DNA of 64,000 nucleotides, from contig JAPDKB010000002.1 of NCBI GenBank assembly GCA_029258795.1, forward strand, positions 172,192-236,191. The letters are read 5' to 3'. Position numbers and translations under genes: made by a program. The notes under the pieces are model-generated. The model made no database searches, was not told the DNA's origin, and saw only the letters and a list, made by a program, of their open reading frames with translations. Source of the DNA: an archaeon (GTDB lineage: Archaea > EX4484-52 > WAPT01). This document shows positions 38,243-49,300 of this stretch, one piece after another (position 1 is the first letter of the stretch; every line of letters begins with the position of its first letter).

Positions 38243-38761
38243 ATGCCTGAAAATGAAAAAGAACAAATAGTTCATGTTCTGGATACAAGCGTGTTCATCA
38301 AGCCAGAGGGGAGAAAGTTCAGTGATAAAGTGTGCGTAACCACCTATTCCGTGATGGATGAGCTTCAAAGCCTGGAGTCCAAGGTAGTGTTTGACATGTT
38401 TCTCAAGAAGGGTATGGCACTCATGCATCCTTCGGAGGAGAAAATGAAAGAAGTGGAGCGTGGTGTTGAAAAGTTAGGAGATAGGGTGAGTAAAGCAGAT
38501 GTTAGTGTTGTGGCACTTGCGCTCGAATTAAGAGAGAAAGGAAAAAATGTGGTGGTCGTTACTGATGACTACTCTGTCCAGAATCTTTGCTCTTTCTTCA
38601 AGATGGAGTTTACACCGGTAGCAACACAGGGGATAAGGGAAAGGGTGGAATGGGTGAAAAAGTGCATTTATTGCAACATTTCTGTGGAGGAAGATGAATG
38701 TCCGCGTTGCGGAATGCACGACTTTAGGTTCGTGCCCCGAAAAAAGAAGAGGTTAAAGTGA
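38243..38761 (+). CDS. nob1: Nob1 endonuclease (PIN domain + Zn ribbon)
   Basis: VLDTS, S.AD, TDDYSVQN and CIYC...CPRCG motifs. Confidence 0.9.
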   Translation: MPENEKEQIVHVLDTSVFIKPEGRKFSDKVCVTTYSVMDELQSLESKVVFDMFLKKGMALMHPSEEKMKEVERGVEKLGDRVSKADVSVVALALELREKGKNVVVVTDDYSVQNLCSFFKMEFTPVATQGIRERVEWVKKCIYCNISVEEDECPRCGMHDFRFVPRKKKRLK

Positions 38762-39793
38762 ATGAGTACTGACCTTTCTGTTTAAGAGGTCAAATCTTTT
38801 GAATCCCAGGTAATACGAGCTGGCAACACCTATCAATGCGGGAACAAGAGTGTTTAGCATCCTATCTATCACCATCATTGCCGCAGCTATCTGGAGGGGA
38901 ACGCCCATCATTTTCAGCACGAGCATATATGCGCTTTCCACGACACCCATACCTGCTGGTGGTGAGGGAACGAGTGTTGACAGTACCACCACCACGAATA
39001 GCATAATCGCATGCTCTATTGAGAGATTTATGCCAAGAGCTAACATCACGAAATACAGGCGCAAAATTTCCAGAGCACGTATGAGGAAGGAATAGAAAAG
39101 ACCTTTCCAAGTTTTATCTAGCAGTATCTTCTTGAAAGAATGGGAGTATTCCTCCACAGTATCCTCCAGCTTTGATGCCCACTCGTCTATTTTATTCATG
39201 AGAGGTTTTATGTTTCTGAGGAAGCGGAATATGAACCTGAGGAGTTTTAGCGCCTTGTTCTTGTTTACCGAAATGTAGAGAGCAAGAATGGTGAGCATTA
39301 TTATGAACAGGATTGCTATCACTATCATTATTGTTCCCAACCATCCGAAGGAGTAAGCATGCAGTAGCATGACAAGCCCCAAAATTATGACCAGGAGGTA
39401 GCTTATAACATCATAAACGCGTTCTGCAACGATGGATGCAAAGCACTTGGATGGGCTGAGTTTTTCCACCTTGCTCAGGACATAAGCCCTTGCTGGTTCT
39501 CCGCCAGCTTGTGCACCCGGAGTTAGAGCATTGACAAGGAAACCGAGCGATGAAACCATATAGATGTTGGAGAATCTCGTGCCTTTACCCATGGAAGATA
39601 AGAGATATTTCCATCGCAAAGGATACAGTAATGATATTGAAAGCTGAAAGAAAAGCGCTATCAAAATCATTTTATGATTTGCAGCATTTATAGCGTGAGC
39701 TATTTCTCGAGGACCTGCTAGAAGGAGAAGAATACTTATTATTGCTATTCCTACAACAGCAGTCACCAGTGTGAACTTTCGCTTTCTATCCAT
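38753..39793 (-). CDS. UPF0104 / lysylphosphatidylglycerol-synthase-TM flippase-like membrane protein
   Basis: RW, NALTPGAQAGGEPAR, ER..D and PPAGMGVVE motifs. Confidence 0.88.
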   Translation of the reverse strand: MDRKRKFTLVTAVVGIAIISILLLLAGPREIAHAINAANHKMILIALFFQLSISLLYPLRWKYLLSSMGKGTRFSNIYMVSSLGFLVNALTPGAQAGGEPARAYVLSKVEKLSPSKCFASIVAERVYDVISYLLVIILGLVMLLHAYSFGWLGTIMIVIAILFIIMLTILALYISVNKNKALKLLRFIFRFLRNIKPLMNKIDEWASKLEDTVEEYSHSFKKILLDKTWKGLFYSFLIRALEILRLYFVMLALGINLSIEHAIMLFVVVVLSTLVPSPPAGMGVVESAYMLVLKMMGVPLQIAAAMMVIDRMLNTLVPALIGVASSYYLGFKRFDLLNRKVSTHSL

Positions 39794-39851
39794 ATGTATC
39801 TCCTCAAGAGTAATATCTATGACCAACCTAAATAAAAGCATTACGGTTATG

Positions 39852-40889
39852 TTAGCTCTTCATATATTCTTTGACAACAGTTTCCACAATAACCAGAAGG
39901 AGGGGACCAATTAAGAAGCCTTTTATCCCAAAAACAACGGGTCCGCCAAAGAAACCGAGGATTACGGTGAGTGGGTGCACGTTTCCTGCTTTACCACACA
40001 GCACCGGACGTAAGAGAAGATCGGGGATGAGACTCAGAAACACAACCCCCAATATAAGCAAGATTATGGCCTGTTGTATCTCCCCCACATAAAATAAGTA
40101 AGCTGCTATACCTCCGTATATCATAGGAGTGTTCAGTATCGGAAGAAACGCAAAAATCCACGTTATCACAGCCATAAGTCCTGCATAGGGCACACCCACA
40201 AAATAGTATATGATTGCACTTAAAATCCCCACGATGGTTGAGATACCTATGTATGATACAAAAAGAACTCTGAAACTGTTGTCCAATCCCGTCACTATAC
40301 TTTCTATCACCCTTCGTTCTTCCTTTTCAAACTTTCTGCTCCACTTTAAAACAAGTTCTCTGAGCCGTTTACCATCTCTCAGGAAGTAGTACGTGGCAAA
40401 AAGGTAAACGAAAAAATCTATTATGATGTTGGGTATGTTCTTTATCCATGATGTTAGAGAAACTTGCACCTGTTCTACGAAATCAGATACGACACTCTGA
40501 AGTGTGGAGATAACTGATTGCGATCCGGGTATTTCAAGGTCTAAAGAGGAGACGTATGTGTTAAGCTTGAGAAGAAACGTGTTGATGTCGGCGGCAAACT
40601 GGTAGATTGTCATTATTATAGTATTCACACCACCGGCAAAACCACTTATCGCCCAGCCGATGGGTCCGAAGATCAGTATGATGACGATAAGGATGGAGAG
40701 ATTGTAGGATTTAAGATAGCGCTGTATGTAATTCACAAGCGGGTAGAAGGTGTAGGCAGTCACAGCTGCGAGCACGAGCGGAGTGGAGAACGGCCAGATT
40801 ATCCAGAGTCCAGCTAGAGCTATGAGAAAAACAAGAACTTTCTCAAATTCTATGATTGAGGGCTTATCAACATCTTTTTTTCTGCTCAT
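39852..40889 (-). CDS. AI-2E family transporter
   Basis: YYFLRDG, FLP, LLRP...VHPL..ILGFFGG..FG..GFLIGP motifs. Confidence 0.9.
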   Translation of the reverse strand: MSRKKDVDKPSIIEFEKVLVFLIALAGLWIIWPFSTPLVLAAVTAYTFYPLVNYIQRYLKSYNLSILIVIILIFGPIGWAISGFAGGVNTIIMTIYQFAADINTFLLKLNTYVSSLDLEIPGSQSVISTLQSVVSDFVEQVQVSLTSWIKNIPNIIIDFFVYLFATYYFLRDGKRLRELVLKWSRKFEKEERRVIESIVTGLDNSFRVLFVSYIGISTIVGILSAIIYYFVGVPYAGLMAVITWIFAFLPILNTPMIYGGIAAYLFYVGEIQQAIILLILGVVFLSLIPDLLLRPVLCGKAGNVHPLTVILGFFGGPVVFGIKGFLIGPLLLVIVETVVKEYMKS

Positions 40890-40973
40890 ATTATTAGAAT
40901 ATCTGGCATGGCACACTTATATAAATTATGATAATTAGAGTTGGTAGAGTTCGTGCTTGTCATTTTATATTCT

Positions 40974-42140
40974 TCAATCTTTACTCTCTGATTCAACTTC
41001 AACTCGCTCACACCACCTTGCAAGCCGCATGAGGGCAAGCTTTTTCTCATTCTTTCCTATTTCAGCATTCTTTATTGCATCCTCCAGCAATTTTGCGGTT
41101 TTTTCCATCCTTCTCCGATTTACCTTGTACGGCACACCATCTTTCCCACCGTGGGCAAAGGAAAACTTTGCAGGGTCTTTCCAGCTGAGTTCCGTGCCGT
41201 AAACCAGCTGCGAGGTTAAAGCAAGTGCTCTTATTGTAGCTGCACCCACACCCTTCACTTCCAGAATTTCTTCAAATGAGGTGGGTTCGAGTTCCGCAAG
41301 ATTTTCAAATAGTTTTAAAGAACTCTTTTTGAGAGAGATGCTGAAGTGATCGGCAGGCATTGTCAGATGAGGCGCACCATATACCCTATCATTTGAATTA
41401 GAAGTGTAGTTCAAAAGAGAGTTTCTTGCATACATAACACTCCATTTAACGACTTTATGTTTGCCCTCATTTACGAGGTCAACACAGGCATTTCTCACCT
41501 CTCTATTTTCTCTGGATGTGAAGTCAAGGACACAATCACTTCTTTTTTCAGCACATATCGCGGTATGGGGCTCATCCACAAATCCCCTTTCTTGTGTTCT
41601 GTTATACACCCAGTGGTACCTTCTTGCATAATGTGCTGATGTGTTCATACCCTGCTGCACAACACACCACCTGCCATTTTTATCAAAAAGCATGACATGG
41701 TGGTAGAGTTCATAACTGTCCTGCACCGCAGCACTGTCCACTTTTGCACTCATTCTGCTGGTGTAAATGAGTCTTTCTATATCGCTGTCCCCGAGACCAA
41801 GCTCTTCGCCCCAGTTCCTTATTTCTTCTGGAGCTTTTCTGGACACCTTGCCTTTACCTCCCGCTACCTTCACCCCCATTTCTTCATCGTTATTCAGCGC
41901 TTCCTTCAAAGCACCACAGACAGTGGTTGTCACGCCCGAGCTGTGCCAGTCAAAGCCAAGTACATTACCCAATGCCTGAAACCAGAAGGGATCGGAAATC
42001 CTTCTCAAAAGCTCGGATGTACCGTATTCATGCACCACAGCACGAGCAATACTTCTAGCTAGAGGCACCATCCTGCTGAACAGCCATCTCGGGCATTTCC
42101 CGGTGTGTAAAGGAAGTTCAGCGATACCTGAACGTTGCAT
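40974..42140 (-). CDS. DUF763 family protein
   Basis: LPLHTGKCPRWLF, DWHSSGVTT, VVQQGMN and DPAKFSFAHGGKDGVP motifs. Confidence 0.9.
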   Translation of the reverse strand: MQRSGIAELPLHTGKCPRWLFSRMVPLARSIARAVVHEYGTSELLRRISDPFWFQALGNVLGFDWHSSGVTTTVCGALKEALNNDEEMGVKVAGGKGKVSRKAPEEIRNWGEELGLGDSDIERLIYTSRMSAKVDSAAVQDSYELYHHVMLFDKNGRWCVVQQGMNTSAHYARRYHWVYNRTQERGFVDEPHTAICAEKRSDCVLDFTSRENREVRNACVDLVNEGKHKVVKWSVMYARNSLLNYTSNSNDRVYGAPHLTMPADHFSISLKKSSLKLFENLAELEPTSFEEILEVKGVGAATIRALALTSQLVYGTELSWKDPAKFSFAHGGKDGVPYKVNRRRMEKTAKLLEDAIKNAEIGKNEKKLALMRLARWCERVEVESESKD

Positions 42141-42203
42141 CAATGTCAATAATCTCGATACAAGTTTAAAAAATGTGGAACATAATCATACCGATAAAAA
42201 ATT

Positions 42204-43358
42204 TTACTTATTTGAGCTCAGAAGCTCCAGCATAGAAACTACATCTTTGAGAGCTTTCATGATCCTGGAGATTTCATCTTTTAATTCCTCATTTTCCTTT
42301 TTCAATATTTCCAGCTCTTCTTTCAACATCTCAACCTCAGGGAGCGGCTTTTTCTTGGTTTTTTCACCAGTATTTTCTACTTTTTTCAGTTTGCGCTCCA
42401 TTTCCTTCAACTTGTTTTTCAGGATGTTGACATCCTTCGTTGTGGCTTCAATTTTAACCTCAACACCTTCATCCAATGCAAGGGCTTTATTTACAGTTTT
42501 TGTTAAATCATCCTCTTTCTTTTCAAGGTCTTTCATACGTGAAGACATTTTATTCATCAAACTTTTAAGATGAGTTAGCTCTTTCTCTAGATTCTCCAGT
42601 TGTTTGGTGTCGTTAAGACCGCCGCTTTTAATCAGTTTATTAATCCCCTTTTTATCGACAATCTGAGCATGTTTCAGCATTACCTCGCTTCTTTCAATAA
42701 GTTCATCCATAATTTTAAGTTTGTTGTTTATATTTTCCAACAAATTATCAATTTCCTCTTTTTTAACGACCGATTTCAGATGCACTGTGTGTTTTTCCAC
42801 CACCTCTTTCAAACTTTCCAGTTCCGCGCTTATTTTCTTGATTTCCCGTTTCATCTCCAGAAATTCCCTGTATTTTTTCTCAATTTCTTCCAGCACAGCA
42901 ACGCTCTTCTCTGCGTTTATTTTCGTGGACGCTTCCAGTTTTTTGAGCACGCCGATATCGTCTTTCATCTCCTCATACAAACTCTTGACGACCTCGAGTC
43001 CTTTAAACTCCATCAATGTCTTCCTTATGTCTTTTATCTCGTCCACAACCCTCTTTATTATCTTTTCATTTTTCTCTATCATTTCTTTCAGAATATCCAT
43101 TTTATCCTCGACTTTACTTATTCTTGTGAGAATTTTCTCGGGCTCGACCTCCTTTGCTATGGCTTCCATTCTGTCGTACACCGCTTGCATCTCCGCCAAG
43201 TTTTTTTCATCTTCCAGCAGCATGCCACGAAGCTCCCCTATCTCTTCCCTTATCTCCGCGATCATTTCAGAAGTGGCTTTCCTCATCTCGTTCAGAGCTT
43301 CAATCTTGGCTTCCAGCTCTTCAACTTTGGCTTCCATTCCAAGTTCTTTTTCAGACAT
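42204..43358 (-). CDS. Coiled-coil protein (384 aa), translationally coupled to the giant upstream gene
   Basis: Heptad-rich throughout; its start overlaps the stop of 43351-52623. Confidence 0.85.
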   Translation of the reverse strand: MSEKELGMEAKVEELEAKIEALNEMRKATSEMIAEIREEIGELRGMLLEDEKNLAEMQAVYDRMEAIAKEVEPEKILTRISKVEDKMDILKEMIEKNEKIIKRVVDEIKDIRKTLMEFKGLEVVKSLYEEMKDDIGVLKKLEASTKINAEKSVAVLEEIEKKYREFLEMKREIKKISAELESLKEVVEKHTVHLKSVVKKEEIDNLLENINNKLKIMDELIERSEVMLKHAQIVDKKGINKLIKSGGLNDTKQLENLEKELTHLKSLMNKMSSRMKDLEKKEDDLTKTVNKALALDEGVEVKIEATTKDVNILKNKLKEMERKLKKVENTGEKTKKKPLPEVEMLKEELEILKKENEELKDEISRIMKALKDVVSMLELLSSNK

Positions 43359-46300
43359 GCTCCTCTACCTTGAACAAGCCAGCTTTCAACCTCTCCATCC
43401 TCTCCTTAATCCTCCTCAGCTCCTTAACATTCTTTTCAGCTGATGCCATCCTTATCTTCGGCTCAAGCGTTTCGAGCTCCATCTCAGCATCAAAGACATC
43501 CACGCCCTTGGCTTTCAAATCCACAACCTTGTCCTTCAGCTCTTCATACAGCTTTGAAAGGTAAATTGCTAAATCCTCAGCTGTCTCCACCCTTGCCTTT
43601 CCCACAAAGCTCTCAAGCTCCTCTTTGCTTATCTTTTCCTTTTTCAGAGCTTTTAAATCTATGCCATGAATTCTTGCTTTTTCAAAAGCGTTCTTTTCAA
43701 GAGAACTCAAATACAGCTCGACCATCTCAAATCTGCCCTGAGCCAGCTTGGAATCAGCAAGCTTTAATTCTGTCTCAAGCTCAAAAACATCTATACCCTT
43801 AGCTTTCAGAAGCTTCACGATCATCCTTATCCTCTCAAGCTTCTTGTCATAAGCCACATATTTGGCCAGCTCCTCATCGCTCAGCCTTGTAACCTGATGG
43901 AGTATCGGTCTAAACTCAACAAAGTATGGCCTCCCTCTATTGTACTCGCTGAAAACAAGCATTCCTGTTCCAACTCCAGCTTTAACAACGCTTGCCATGT
44001 ATATGTCGCCATACTTCATTCTTACCCTTTCCAGATCGTTCTCATACCTTGTTCTGAACTGTATTTCCATTCCAATGTTCGCTCTTATCTCTCCAACGAA
44101 ATCGCTCAGAACTTGGGAAATCAACATGAGACCTATTCCCCATTTCCTGAATTCCCTTGTTGCTTTCTCTATGGCAAGGAAACCCTTGCCGGTTCCTCCG
44201 AATTTTGGAAGCAATCTGTGCACCTCATCAAAGATAAGAGCAGCTTTCAGCTCATGACTTTCCTCCATGTTGGAGTTGAATATTGAGCTTATGAAGTTTA
44301 CAACGAAGTCCTCAATTTCCTTGTGGCTGAGCTTGTTCAGCACGAAGATAGTTATCCTTCCTTTTTGAGAGAGAAGCTCCTTTACATCGACCTTTTCGTA
44401 AGCGTCTTCAACCACCTTTATTTTTCCCGCAAAACCCCTCGCATCCTCCTTCTTCATTCCGAATTCCTTGTATTTCTTGAGCATGAAATCTTCCTTGCAT
44501 TTCCTTAAGAAGCCCGTCCACTGGGCCGTTGGATCAAAGACTATCACGCTCTTTCCTTTGAGCAGGAGTTCTTCAGCCATCACCATGGCTGAGATGGTTT
44601 TGCCCGAGCCGGTTGCTCCTGCTATCATAACATGCGTGGATAGATGGTTTGGATGGATGAATGCCCTTATTGCTTTGCCGGCTATGTTTCCTATGAAGAG
44701 GGAGGAGGTTGTGGGTTTTGGGAGGTGGTGAACATCTATGGGTGTGTCCATCTTTTTCTTAGCGAGTTTTCTTCTCCTCTGCCAGTAGAAGTAGGTAGCT
44801 CCAGCTATCACGCCACTCATCTGCATGAGTATCGCGAGCTCTTTAACTTTCAGGCCGAGAGGAGTTTTCTTTTCAAGGAAAGGAACACCAACCTCTACGT
44901 ACTGCATTGCCGTAGCCTGCAACGGTCTCGATGCAGAGATGTAACTTGCTGTTGCTTTAACCATGTACTTCTTTTTCTCCAAGTTTTCCGGAATCTTCAG
45001 AGTGAGTATTTTTGTTAAGCTGGTTTCCACAGCCATCGTTTCAGTCTTTGCCGCAACAGTTTCCAGCGTGTCCGGATCCACAAGCTCTATCGTTACGTTT
45101 GCATCCACTCTTTTCGTTTTTCCTAAATTGAAGAGCTCAACCTGAACTTTCAGCGTGTCTCCGGGATCAACAGCGTCCTGCAGGAGGTTTATTTTCATGT
45201 CCATCAGTTCTTCCGGCTTCTGGAGAACTTTGATTGTTATCGGTACGGTTGTGCTCTGGTTCTCAGCGGAGATTTTCAGCACACCCGTGTAGGTGCGTGT
45301 TTCAGCATCCTCCGGTATATCGAATTCAACTATGAAGTATCCTTCTCTTTTTGCATCGACTCTAATTAACGGACTGTATAGCTTTGCCAAGGGAATAACA
45401 TCACCATATATCGTGGCCACGAATTCCGCTTGTTTGTCCAGAAGGTTGAACACGTAAATATTCTTCATGGTTTTCTCGCCCTGATAAAGCGTGAGGTCTA
45501 TGGATTGTGTCTGCACAACGAAATCCTTCTTTCCAAGTTTTTCCAGAAGCTTTTCGATCAGCTCCTCCTCATCTAGCTCGTTGACAACAGTAGTTCCACC
45601 CCCAGAACTCACAACCTTTGGCTGCGGAGCCGGACAGTCAGCGGGACAATTATACGGACTCTCACCGTATTCACAAACGCCGTTACCGCATATAGCTGAA
45701 ATCTCTGATTCGGGCTCAGCCAACACAAGCAGCGGGTCACTTTCGTTCAGATCGATCCGCACCTCTGCTCTTGCATAGTTTATGGTTGGCGTGATCATGG
45801 TGAAGTTGCTCTCGCAGATACCGCTCTCCACAGAATAATTGGTGCACTTGTACACAGCAAGATGAGATAAATCTGAGACTTGATCGAGGTATGGAAGAAC
45901 GTTGAATACTATAGTGATGTTTTTGAGAGGGATGTCTGTATTGTACATTATTGCCCTGTATCTTGCCTTCACTCCAGTTAGTGGTACGAGCTTCGGATTC
46001 AGTTCCGTTATCTCGAGAATGCTGTCGTTTGTCAAGTTCGCATCATTCACCATTATTTCTTCATAGGGGGAGATGGCTTCAATATCGTAAAGTCCCTGCT
46101 TGACATTGACAACCTTGGTGTTGGTAATGGTGAAATTGTAAAAGACAAAATTGGCATTACTTTTCTTCATCACTACCTGTGTCTGGTTTGGTGATATTAT
46201 GGCGAGGGTTATGAGTGGTGTATCCCTCACCCAGACAGAAACACTGGCGTTGTTGCCGGTTGAGTCGAAAGCTGTGTAAGCTATCTGATAATCTCCGCTC

Positions 46301-49300
46301 TCATTCAAATAGTAATTTCCCAGTTTCCAAACGTCTTTGGTGGAGTTGTAGGAGAGTGTGAGTTTCTCCTCTGCTCCAGAAGGATAAGTTATGGTTGCGT
46401 CGACTCCACTGACTCCTACATTATCTTTAACTTTCACCTCCGCGCTCAGAATTCCATCTTTCACGGTTTCATTGGTTGAAGTTATGGATGGGGGGGTTAT
46501 GTCCTTGTAATGGATTGAGTTTACGGCTGTTGCTCTAACAGTAAATCCGTAAACATTATACGTGGCAACCACGGTCAAATTGTGGAATTTTCCATCCTCA
46601 ACCTCTGGAAGAACACATTCCATGTTCCAGTAGCCTACGGAATAAGAAACAGTGGAAGTGCATTCCTCATTATCAACATAAACATGGAATTCAGAATCAG
46701 AGCTTATTGGATTGTTGGCAAGGGTGAATGAAACGTTCACTTTTATGATTTCGTTTGCGAGCATGTTGGTGTAGGGGTCGGTTTGTGAGGGAGAGATTAC
46801 GTTTAATTCAGCCTCATAAACATCCATCACAACTTTAACTTTCATGATCTGATTGTAGTTCACTTCCTGGATGGTGATGTTTCCTTCATAATGGTTTGCA
46901 GAGGGTATTTTGTTCCATGAGAGGAGAAGGGAGTAGTTGTTCTGCTTAGCCAAGCTTGTTGATGTTTCGTTTATGGAGAGCACGTCGGTTATGTTGCCCT
47001 CGAGAGAAAAGTAGAATTTGAGCTGCACATTACCCAGATTCTTTATGAGCAGTGCTCTATTTCCACTCATGTTTGCAACGGCCGGGATGTTGAGCTGCGT
47101 TGCATTTATCTCCCACGAACTGTCTTCTGGAATGCTTACCTCCATGGTTTTTTCGTCACACATTTCGGGTGTGCAAGCACGCAAAGCAGGTATGTACGTG
47201 CCCGGAGCAAAGCCAGCTGGAAGCTCTATCCTTACTGTCACGTTTCCTGACGCTCCAGGAGAGAGAGATGTTATAGTCGAGGGAACGAAATGCACGTATG
47301 GGCACAGGCCTGGCTGGTATGCACAAGCGAATGTTACGTTTTCCGCGTTGTCGTTGCCCTGGGATTCCACAAGGATCCATCCTAGCATGGTGGCATTGTG
47401 CCGGGCGGTCACAGACTGAGACATGCTCGTTATGTTTACTATCCTGGTTGGCGTAACATTGATTAAGACAGGGTCAGAGGAGACCTTGTCATAAAACGAC
47501 GGGTTGGGGTTGAGCCATTCAACATACGGCTGGATAGCATATGTCGAGGGCGGCGTGCCATTTGTTATATATAGAGAGAGCAAGCAGTCCATGCTTTCAT
47601 TTGGAGCAATCTGAGCACGAGCACATTTCCCAACACTCCACGATGTCCCCGGTGGGGGGCTTGCTGTTACGTTGATATTGTAAGCGTTGACGTTACCCTC
47701 ATTGGTAACATTCAGTAATACGGATATCGACCTCCCCTCGAGGAGGCTGACATTGTCAACCCTGACATTGGTTGTTGCCGGGGTTATGGAGAGCCTTGTC
47801 CTCTCAAGAGCCTCAAAAGAAAAGCTTTCAGAGCTGCATTTCGAGCCAGAATCGCACGCCACGAGCTCTCCAGTATACACCCCCCCGACATCTGGAGTAT
47901 AGACACAAGAGTGGTAGCCGTCTGGAATAGAGGGCGATTGCTCGCAAACAATCTCGGTCACCGTCCCGTTCGGATGGGTAACCTTCATTTTTATCAAGGA
48001 GAGCATGTCCTGGTCGTCATCAAAACGGGCTGTTACGACCTGCTGGGTTCCTATCTCTATCATCTCCTTATAGGCGAGGTCCGAAATGTACGGGGGCATG
48101 TCCAGGTATGTCATATAGAGAGGAGCACTCCTCTCTTGTGGCAATGCCGTGCTGTTCCGGAAGGTTATGTTGGTCGCGTAAGTGGTCGCTAGATAGCTGC
48201 CCTCCTGGAAAAAGTCAATCCTCTTCTCTTCCTGTTCTTCTAGGTAGACATGGGAAGGATTATAGACTGTGCCATTATAATACTTGTCTATGATCATTAT
48301 TTTCGGATCCTGTCTTGTTGGATTGGCATAGCCTGCTATGTCCTCGTAGGTTATCGTGAAGTTGAGCGGCACGTTTCCCGTGTTCCTGATGATTATGTAG
48401 CCTGCAGAGCCGTTGGTGTTGAGAGGGAAAGTAAGGTTCAAGAACGGAGCTTGGGTGCTGTTGGGATAGAACACTTTGATGGAGTAGGTTGTGTTGACAG
48501 GAACCTGAATGTTTACGGGCAGTATTTTTATTCTTTCATCAAACTTTCCGAGGTTTGCACTTATGTTTATCTCTCCTGTGTAGTTTCCTGGTGGAAATCC
48601 AGCAGGAAGGGTTATGGTTATGCATGTTGTTTTGCTCTCTTCCGGATAGATCACGCTGAAGTAGGAGGGAGAGATGCTCACGGTTTGGGATGGGAGTGTT
48701 TTTGCGGTGTAGTTTATCCAGACATCATAGAGTTCAGCGTTGCCGGTATTGTTTATGAGTATTACGTATGTTCTTGATGTTCCGTGTTCCATGGTGTCGT
48801 TTATGGCGGTGATGTTGGGAGTTATCTCGGGATTTCCGACAACGTGTACATTCTGCTGGTTGGAGTATACAAAGGATTCGGAATTCTCATTATTATTCCA
48901 TATCAACTTGTAAACCTGCTTGTAAGTTGCTGGAGAGGTTCCCGCGGGTATGGTCATGTAAAATGTTATGTTTATTGCTGTTTCGGGTGGAACATCCGGG
49001 ATGAGTGTTGTGTTTGTTACATTGAACGATCCAGAGTACCTTTCAACTCTTATATTCCTCATAGTTGCTCTGCCAGTATTGTTTATCGTCATGTTGAAAC
49101 TCACAATCTTGTCTTGTGTTGTAGAGACATTGTAGACCACAATATCGTAAGCTTTCAGGGTGGCTGTTGTGGTTTTCTCGTCAAAAAAGTATTCGAACGC
49201 ATCATCGTGTGGGAAGTAAAGAGCGGTCTCATTTTCAACGTGCACAACAACAGTAAGATTTCCCCCCCTCTGCTCACACCCGTAGGACGGGTCTCCAAAG

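Noticed and set aside
37736-38428. 230-aa N-terminally extended aIF5A from the ORF track
   Set aside because: The extension overlaps nob1 and the shared promoter; a strong RBS supports the ATG at 38137
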